Source of the DNA: Octopus bimaculoides
Lineage: Eukaryota
DNA length: 59,652 nucleotides
Direction: 5' to 3'
NCBI RefSeq assembly: GCF_001194135.2
Contig: NC_068994.1
Location: forward strand, 41,987,028 to 42,046,679
Made by a program: the position numbers and the translations under genes. This document shows positions 51,091 to 59,652 of this stretch, piece by piece (position 1 is the stretch's first letter; each line of letters begins with the position of its first letter). The notes below the pieces were generated by a model. That model did not search any database and was not told the origin of the DNA. It saw only the letters and a program-made list of their open reading frames with translations.

Positions 51091-51175
51091 ATATATATAA
51101 TTAGGATAATAATAACGAAGTGGATTTTCACGTACGAGTCCAAGAATTGTGGTTCTTTTCTCTAAATTATATATT

Positions 51176-51207
<32 letters not shown>

Positions 51208-52225
51208 CAAGCTATGGTTTTTGCCATGTCAGCTACATGATTACAAGTAATATGTTTGAGTATGTGTAACAAAGGATGGCACTGACTATGATATACATCT
51301 CACTCTTTCACTATCACTTTCACTATCACTTTCACTCTTTCACTATCACTATCTTAAATATGATACTTATCATTCATATCTTCTCTTATCAGCTAACAAT
51401 ACCCTTCTATTCTTCTAATCACCACTGACTCTCCAGCATGTCTCATAGGAGTCATTTTGGAGTTCACTTAGCAGGAGTCACTTGGTTGCAAGCATTAGTC
51501 AGAATGGGTCTCCAATGTAAGGATAATTTCACCCCTTCCCCTTATAAGTCTTGGAGACTCTAGGAAAGGGTCAATGCTGCTGTCAGTCTTTGATTTATAA
51601 CCATTTGTTCTTTGTTACTGCACTAGAGTGACCTGAGAACTTTGGTATTTCAAACAGATAGGATTAAATTAACCATTGATAAGTATTATCATGATTATGA
51701 TAAGATGAGAGAAAAGTAGTGTCCCTGAAAGAAGAGGTCAGAGGTGCCAGTTACCATTCATACTTGAATTAGTAAAAAGAAAACAGTAAAAAAATAAGCA
51801 GAAAATAACCAGCCCCTCCATCCTCTGCACTGAATTCTATTATCAAATACAATATTTAAACAATATCAGAAATCCGTATATATAAATAAATCATGTGACA
51901 GAAATGAGCAGTCAACAATCAATATATGAAGAATCTCATATAAGGTACATCAAATGACAATATTGCAACGACTCTACTTACATAATTAAAAGTAATAATA
52001 AGATATATCCTTAATAAACTGATAGATGTGACTCGAATTTTCACACCAATAATTATATAGGTTCTTTGATGTTTAATTAAGCACCTAATATAAAAGAAGG
52101 CCAACGGAACAGACTGTTTATGAAAAACTCTATCGAAATGACTAAGCATGCTAACAGTTAATGATTTCTCTTCTTCGTGTTTATATATGCATACACTGAT
52201 ATACATCTGTATGCGTGTATGTTTG

Positions 52226-52299
<74 letters not shown>

Positions 52300-52667
52300 C
52301 ATGCATACATACATACACACACACACCACATACACACACATACATACACACAAACCTTCATAACTGTGTATGTGTGTGTGTATGTATGTATGTATAAATA
52401 GTGGGTTTTAAGTCAGAGCGGTACTGAGTGGCTTAAAGCAATGTGAGAAAATATGATGACAAAGTGACAAGACAGCAAAATAACAAATAATATAAGAGAT
52501 GATAGTTTCTTTGTTGAAAGGGTTAGATCTTAAAACATAGCTGTATGTGTATGTTTATATATATATACATACATATGTATGTGTATCTATCCACCTATCT
52601 ATCTATCTATCTATCTATCTATCCATCTATCTATCCATCTATCTATCTATCTAACTANNNNNNNNNN

Positions 52668-52716
<49 letters not shown>

Positions 52717-52859
52717 ATAGATACATACATACATACATACGCACACATACATACATACATACATTCATACATTTAAATATATAATAGATGTACATACATG
52801 CTCTACAAGCTGTAGAGCATTCGATCTCTAAAGAAAGTACAAATATTATTATTAAAAAA

Positions 52860-53068
52860 ACCTTTCTACTATAGGCACAAGGCCTGAAATTTGGGGAGGG
52901 GTATAGTTGATCAATCCCAGTACATAACTGATACTTATTTCACTGATTCTTAAGGGATGAAATGCAAAGTCAACCTTCGCAGAATTTGAACTCAGAATGT
53001 GAGGGCAGAGGAAAAGCTGCTAAATATTTTGCTCGGCATGCTAACAATTCTGCCAGCCTGCTTCCCTA
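52860..53068 (-). mobile_element. Family A SINE
   Basis: TAGGCACAAGGCCTGAAATT...GCAGAATTTGAACTCAGAATGT...CTAACAATTCTGCCAGC. Confidence 0.8.
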
Positions 53069-54149
53069 ATATTATAATTAATGATAATCACTCAAAAACT
53101 TTGTGAAATTCACTTACTCAGAGTTTCCTGTCCAGACTGTTAAATTCATTTTGCTATTTGCATACTGGTAATACCGACATGGCAGTTTGACATTGACCAC
53201 TCAAAAAATGGTGAAATGAATTTGGTATTCTGGTCAGGAAATCCTGGATAGCTGAATTTCAGAGTTTTTTTGTTTTTTGTGTGTGTGATCCTTAATGAAT
53301 GCACACACATATTTGCGTGTGTGTGTACATGTGTTAGTGCATGTGTGTGTATATGTGTGTGTGTGTGTCGGCATGTGTTTATGTGGTGTATTAATTTATT
53401 AATGAGAATCATACAAAAATTTTTTATATCTTTCAGATGTTAAATGATGGTGATGATACATATATACATGTACATATATCGATGAGTAAATATATATATA
53501 TATATATATATACATACACACATAGATATGTATATACATAGATATGTATATGGATTTGTATATATGTATGTATTTATATGAATTTATGTATGGATATATA
53601 CATACATACACAGACACACACACATATACATATATATATATAATATATATTATATATATATATATATTATATATATATATTAGGAATAAGTGCTTATATT
53701 GAACAGAGATCACAAAATATTAAAATAATTGTAAAAGAAATAAATTTTAATTAACCAACAACATATAATTGTGGACTAGGTGTCTTTTTATTTCTTTACT
53801 TATTTGGATGTCAATGTGAAATTGCAAGTATTTAAAGTTAAAAAAAGACATTCTTCATTAGATGTGCTTTTATGTTTCCTTATTTGCAAAATTGGGATTT
53901 TAAACACTTTAACTGTTCAACAATACAAGTTTACCTCAATGTCTTTATTTCACCCTGCATTTGGGGTGTGTTTTTTTATTTTTTTACGAAGTGTACATCC
54001 ATTATCTGGAGGTTTATAATATCTGTGTGTTGTACTTAGACTTGTGTTGTTAGATTTAGCCATTTTACTCTGTTCTGTGCTTGATATAAACTTGTAAAAG
54101 CCTTAACATTTTTAACATTTCTTGCATTATTATTACATTTTATGTCAAG

Positions 54150-54280
54150 GTAGTTAGCTAGCAGAATCATTAGCGTGCCAGACAAAATGCTTAGCAGCAT
54201 TTCATCTGTCTTTACATTCCAGTTTCAAATTCTGCTGAAGTCAATATTACCTTTCATCCCTTTGGGGGTCAATAACAACT
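54150..54280 (+). mobile_element. Family A SINE 5' part
   Basis: AGCTAGCAGAATCATTAGCGTGCCAGACAAAATGCTTAGC. Confidence 0.75.
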
Positions 54281-54473
54281 TTAGACATTTGCCCACGCCA
54301 ATATCTTATTTCTTCATACATATGTTTTTCTTGTTTTTGTACTCTCACTTCATGCTTTCCATTCATTCAATCAAATCTCATGTGACTTAACTTAGGATCC
54401 CTGACACCAGTGTAACCTTAATTTAACTAAGGTACCTTCAGCCTGACAAGTAGCTAGTGGAGTACCCCACCAA

Positions 54474-54790
54474 AGCCTTGTGAGTGGATTTGGTAGACGG
54501 AAACTGGAAGAAGCCTGTCGTATATGTATGTATATGTATGTGTGTGTATATGTTTGTGTGTGTCTGTCCCCCCACCAACATCACTTGACAACCGATGCTG
54601 GTGTGTTTACGTCCCTGTAACTTAGCAGTTCAGCAAAAGAGACTGATAGAATAAGTACTAGGCTTACAAAGAATAAGNNNNNNNNNNGAATAAGTACTAG
54701 GCTTACAAAGAATAAGCTCTGGGGTCGATTTCTTCGACTAAAGGCAGTGCTCCAGCATGGCCACAGTCAAATGACTGAAACAATTAAAAG
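54474..54790 (+). mobile_element. SINE family B, 5'-truncated, spanning a 10-N gap
   Basis: CCAAAGCCTTGTGAGTGGATTTGGTAGACGGAAAC...GACTGAAAC. Confidence 0.85.
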
Positions 54791-55211
54791 AATACATATT
54801 AGCCCTAGTTGCTAACCATGAACTATAAAAAAACTTTTTCCAGTTGATTGAACTTCGATACGGGAAGCATTTAGAACCTTCTATACTAATGAACTATTTT
54901 TGTTCCTAAAAGTTGTTTTTGCTACCTTCGATGGACTGCACAAAGCTTACTAACTTCCTACTCCTGGGTCCTTGGATCTTACATTTACATATCATTATAT
55001 ATGTAAATATAAAATATAAAGATTTTGTTTACAGCAATATCAGTGGCTTAGCATGTTTTAAAAACCATAAAAGTAAATAATCATTAATTAATAATGAGGG
55101 ATACTAGAGACAGCACTGGCATGCTAAAAAAAAGTAGTCAAAAACAACTATGGATTTTCACTAAAGCATCTAGACCCTTCTCCCTTCATTATTAATATAT
55201 ATATATATATC

Positions 55212-55366
55212 ATCATCATCATCGTTTAACATCCGCTTTCCATGCTAGCATGGGTTGGATGATTTGACTGAGGACTGGTGAGACCGGATGGCAACACCAG
55301 GCTTCAATCTAAATTTGGCAGAGTTTCTACAGCTGGATGCCCTTCCTAACGCCAACCACTCAGAGA
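55212..55366 (-). mobile_element. GAT-tailed RTE 3' terminal fragment
   Basis: CATCATCATCGTTTAACATCCGCTTTCCATGCTAGC...GGATGCCCTTCCTAACGCCAACCAC. Confidence 0.85.
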
Positions 55367-55381
55367 GTATGTATGTATGTC

Positions 55382-55680
55382 AACAATGCCTGTCATCACC
55401 ACGGATGGAGGAAGCAGGTTAAGGAGGGGATCGACACTTTTGAGAGAGCGCGTATCCAGCATGAAGAACTTAAGTGAGCTGCACGAAAGTGCACGCCTCG
55501 TATAGTGAATGGGGAAAGCTTGGTCTGCAATGTTTGCAGTCGTGTATGCTTGTCAAGAGCAGGGCTCATTAGACACCAACGGAGCCGCAAATGCAAAATA
55601 TAAGTTAGTCCTAGAGCGCACAATATTCCTGAAGGTCAGCAATGGTCTTCCTCGGTCGCGAGTGGACAGTCATCATGTGT
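55382..55680 (+). mobile_element. 3' end of an RTE-BovB-like LINE with C-terminal zinc finger
   Basis: HGWRKQVKEGIDTFERARIQHEELK*AARK...LVCNVCSRVCLSRAGLIRHQRSRKCKI*, short 3'UTR with CTCG-GTCG-CGAG hairpin, TG/TATG tail. Confidence 0.85.
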
Positions 55681-55711
55681 GTATGTATTTATGTATGTAT
55701 ACATTGATTAA

Positions 55712-55920
55712 GCATGGCTTAATGGTTTGGGTGTTGCACTCATGATTGTAAGATTGCAGTTTCAATTCCCGCACCTGGTGATATGTTGTGTTCTTGATCA
55801 AAACATTTGCATTCTTATTTCCTCAGTTGCCAAAATGAATAATCCTGTGACAGACAAACGTCCCTTCCAGGAGGGGAATACATACTCCACAGAATCCAGG
55901 AAACCAGGAAGACCTTTGAA
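55712..55920 (+). mobile_element. Old tRNA-derived SINE related to family D
   Basis: TGGCTTAATGG A box, GTTTCAATTCC B box, CGTCCCTTCCAGG motif. Confidence 0.6.
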
Positions 55921-57175
55921 GTACTATTGTAATATATGGATCACTGTCATTATCAACAAATATTCCAGTTATTCAATCAGCTGGAAGTGCCTGCTCATTA
56001 GATTTTAGTGTAAGTGGCTGAATATTGTAACCTCAACATAATCATCAGAAATAATCAGTAATATACAGTGGTGAATAACAAGCCTGGTCTTTTGAATAAC
56101 AGCCATACTTATATCCACAAATAAACATATTTTCATACAAATAAATATGCTGATATATTTATTCACAGAAATGTATGCGTCTAAATGCTAATATAAAATG
56201 TATCAAAAGGAAAAATTAATAAAACATCATTATCACCTCCACTAATATGAATATATCCTTAAACATCAAAACAATATCATTCTGGAACAGAGAAGTTCAT
56301 TATAATGCCAACGATAATTGCAATAGTAAACATACATACATTATATATATATATATATATATATAGTTCCAGTGAAGAGGGTTAAGCCTTAATGAGAGAG
56401 ATATTAATGAAAAAGAGTTCGTAATAAAACAAGACAAATTAAGATTTGATATGTACAGAGATTAGTCAGTAGTGCGTGTTTTATGTGTTCTCGTTAAACC
56501 TATTTCTTTGAGATAACTTCCTTAATTAAAATCTCATTGGTTTTGCTGAAGACTATTTTGTTTATCTATGTGATTGCTTGTACTATGATTGTGAAATCAC
56601 GCATTGCTGCAGTGTAGTTTTAGTGGTAATGGTCGAAGCAAACTCTAACCATTTTTCTTTTTTTGTTCTTTTGTANNNNNNNNNNNNNNNNNNNNNNNNN
56701 NNNNNNNNNNNNNNNNNNNNNNNNNNNNNNNNNNNNNNNNNNNNNNNNNNNNNNNNNNNNNNNNNNNNNNNNNNNNNNNNNNNNNNNNNNNNNNNNNNNN
56801 NNNNNNNNNNNNNNNNNNNNNNNNNNNNNNNNNNNNNNNNNNNNNNNNNNNNNNNNNNNNNNNNNNNNNNNNNNNNNNNNNNNNNNNNNNNNNNNNNNNN
56901 NNNNGTGGTAATGGTCGAAGCAAACTCTAACCATTTTTCTTTTTTTGTTCTTTTGTATTTTGGTTTTGGCTTTGGTTTGGTTTTGAGGAAGAAATTGTGT
57001 GCATGGGCTTTTTTGATCTTCCATGACTGGTGAATTGCAAGTGGCTGCATATTCCAGAGATAAGTGTCTGGTTAATGTTAATTTTCAGACCAAATCAGTA
57101 TGAAACAATGTAACAAGGCAGAACATTTATATTAGAGATAAAAATGTAAGAGAGGAAGGCAGAAAGCGAGAGAGG

Positions 57176-57213
<38 letters not shown>

Positions 57214-57329
57214 AACAAACTGACAGGTAGAGGTAAAAAGACAGTGAGAGAGGGAGAAGACTCAACATCAGTACTTGATAGTACTTTATTTATTAGAACT
57301 AGAAGTATGAAAAGCAAAATACACACACA

Positions 57330-57780
57330 CATCTATATAAGTATGCATGTTCACATGTGTGCATGTGTGTGCAATATGTATGTGTATATGCATGCATGTG
57401 TGTGTGCTATGTGTGCATGTATGTGAATGTGTGTGTGTATACATGAGTGTGCATATGTGCGCACATGTGCATGCAGCTGTGTGTTCGTGTGTGTGCATCT
57501 GTATGTACATGTGCTTAGTGTGTGCAGGAGTGCATGCATTTGCATGCTCATTTACATGCATTTGTGTGCACACAAATGCAATATGTATGCGCATGTGTGT
57601 ACATATGAATGCATATATGTGTATATGTATGTACATGTGCTTGTACATATATATGTACATGCATGTGTGTGCAGTTGTGTAATCGTGTATGTGTGTGCAT
57701 GTATATGCACACATGCATGAGTGTGCATGCACATGTATGTATGCACATATGTCTGCGTGTATCATGTGCTTCATATAACA
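57330..57780. repeat. Long degenerate TGCA/TGTA alternating tract
   Basis: Direct inspection. Confidence 0.9.
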
Positions 57781-58019
57781 CCTCTAGTTAAAATTAGAGA
57801 ATTGGTGTCGTATCAAAAATACATTAACAATTCAATAAAGGAGAGATCAATAGAATGAATATCACACTGATATATTACTTGGGTCAATAGGATCAATTAA
57901 AATTTTCAAAGTCAGTGCTCCAGCATGACCGCAAACTAGCAAGACTTGAACTCAGAACGGAGAGTCAGAATGAACAACACATGGTATTCTATCTGGCATT
58001 CTAACGACACTGCTTTCCA

Positions 58020-58322
58020 GATGCACTCACTGGACATACATAAGAACACAGATACACACGCACGTGTGCTCACATTCACTCTGAACATGCAGACACACAC
58101 TGAACACATACACACAGACACACACACGCTGACTGAACATGCACATGCATACACATTGATGAGACATACACTTGCTGAACTCACGTACACATTCACACTG
58201 AACGTACATGCACACACTGAACACACATGTACACCCACACACACTCATACATACATTGTACATGCACTGAACATACACACATACATACAAACTTACACAG
58301 AGCGTAGATACACTCAATGAAC

Positions 58323-58353
<31 letters not shown>

Positions 58354-58700
58354 GTGAACGATACATGCAGTCGATGAACACACATACACACACACTTACA
58401 GACTAACTCAGTCTGAGTATAGACACACTCACTGGAAACAAACACACACATACTCAAACACATAAACACACACACACATGCAAACTCAGTGAATATACAC
58501 ACACTTAGTGAAAGATACACTAGCTGAATACGCACACACACAGTCTAACGCTGAGCATAGACGCACTCACTGAATAAAAATGCACTTACAAATACACACA
58601 CACACACACAAACTCAGTGAACACACACTCAGTGGAAGATTGCACGTGCTGGACACACACACACACACAAGAACGTGCACACACATACATTGGTTATAAC
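58020..58700. repeat. Cryptic minisatellite: CA runs punctuated by a (C/A)(C/G)TGAA core
   Basis: More than 15 recurrences of actgaac / agtgaa / gctgaa at roughly 20-45 bp spacing. Confidence 0.8.
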
Positions 58701-58995
58701 ACACACACATTCTTTTGTTCCATTCTGTTTTCGTTGTCCTTGCTACAACAAAACCCCTTTCTAATCCAGATATTCCCACCTCCCACTCCATTTCAATTTC
58801 CAGTTATGAAATTCACCCAACAAAACAAAACTCTTGAGGTTTCCTTAAGTGTGAATCTTTTTTGGGGGATGAAAACATAAAAATCTCTTCAGAAAGAAAG
58901 AGGGAAAACACAAGATGAAAATTGAAAATTATAAAAGGAAATAATTTCCTTTATGTTCATGAAATGATAATATCTTATTGTAATGTTCCATAAAT

Positions 58996-59385
58996 AGGCA
59001 CAGGAATGGCTGTATGGTAAGTAGTTTGCTTACCAACCACATGGTTCCGGGGTTCAGTCCCACTGCATGGCATCTTGGGCAAGTGTCTTCTACTATAGCC
59101 ACGGGCCAACCAAAGCCTTGTGAGTGGATTTGGTAGACGGAAACTGAAAGAAACCCGTTGTATATATGTATATGTATACATGTGTGTGTGTTTGTCCCCC
59201 CAACACCATTTGACAACCAATGCTGGTGTGTTTACGTCCCCGTAACTTAGTGCTTCAGCAAAAACGACCGATCGAATAAGTACTAAGCTTATAAAGAATA
59301 AGTCCTGGGGTCGATTTGCTCGACTAAAAGGCGGTGCTCCGGCATGGCCACAGTCAAATGACTGAAACAAGTAAAAGAGTAAAAA
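58996..59385 (+). mobile_element. tRNA-derived SINE family B (CORE-like), young full-length copy
   Basis: A box TGGCTGTATGG, B box GGTTCAGTCC, CTTGGGCAAGTGTCTTCT core, internal TA/TG repeat, GACTGAAACAAGTAAAAG tail. Confidence 0.9.
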
Positions 59386-59395
59386 AATAAATAAG

Positions 59396-59652
59396 TTCGA
59401 TGCTTGAATCTAGTGTATGCCAGAAGGCTTGCAAATCCAATGGGGGTCTTAAAAGACATGTTAAGATCCACAATGAGCAGAACTTATCTGCAGGTATTGG
59501 TAGTTCAAATCAGAGGTGCAATCTGTGTGGGTGTTTTTTCAGAACATTGTCTGGTTTAAAAAGCCACATCAGACGCCATGAAGGGGCTAAGGTGTAGGTA
59601 CAGGGAGGTGGTCAAACTCTGTGTAAGGAGTAGACAACCACCACATATATAT
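59396..59652 (+). mobile_element. Probable 3' end of an RTE-type LINE encoding two C2H2-like zinc fingers (ORF 59400-59597)
   Basis: SSVC-x12-HVKIH (first Cys lost) and CNLC-x12-HIRRH; no TGEKP linker; about 45-nt 3'UTR with ACTC...GAGT hairpin like 55382-55680, then (TA)n; abuts a SINE tail with no splice acceptor. Confidence 0.65.

Noticed and set aside
1-59652. CRISPR arrays, rRNA, snRNA, known miRNAs, bacterial operons
   Set aside because: None recognised; repeats are eukaryotic SINEs, LINEs and microsatellites without a repeat-spacer pattern

Overview
AT-rich, repeat-dense animal nuclear DNA from a draft assembly with about 20 N-gaps. The SINE/LINE repertoire and microsatellite load point to an octopod cephalopod, most likely Octopus (inference). 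There is no prokaryotic content, CRISPR array, rRNA or intact tRNA, and nearly all supplied ORFs are microsatellite or N-gap artefacts. Most of the window is intronic or intergenic: at least four tRNA-derived SINE families, 5'-truncated LINE ends (three RTE-type, one R4/Dong-type), two decayed mariner relics (one internally inverted), several MITEs and foldbacks, a solo LTR nested in a SINE, and a Penelope-like palindrome whose two arms reconstruct a minimal hammerhead ribozyme. Exons missed by the ORF track suggest two convergent genes of unknown product. A plus-strand gene appears to end with exons 266-290, 3200-3236 and 5132+. A minus-strand gene has a strong 142-nt coding exon (30469-30610) that joins in frame to an exon at 21104-21186. 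Repeat boundaries were placed by eye and are approximate unless a TSD or TIR is quoted.
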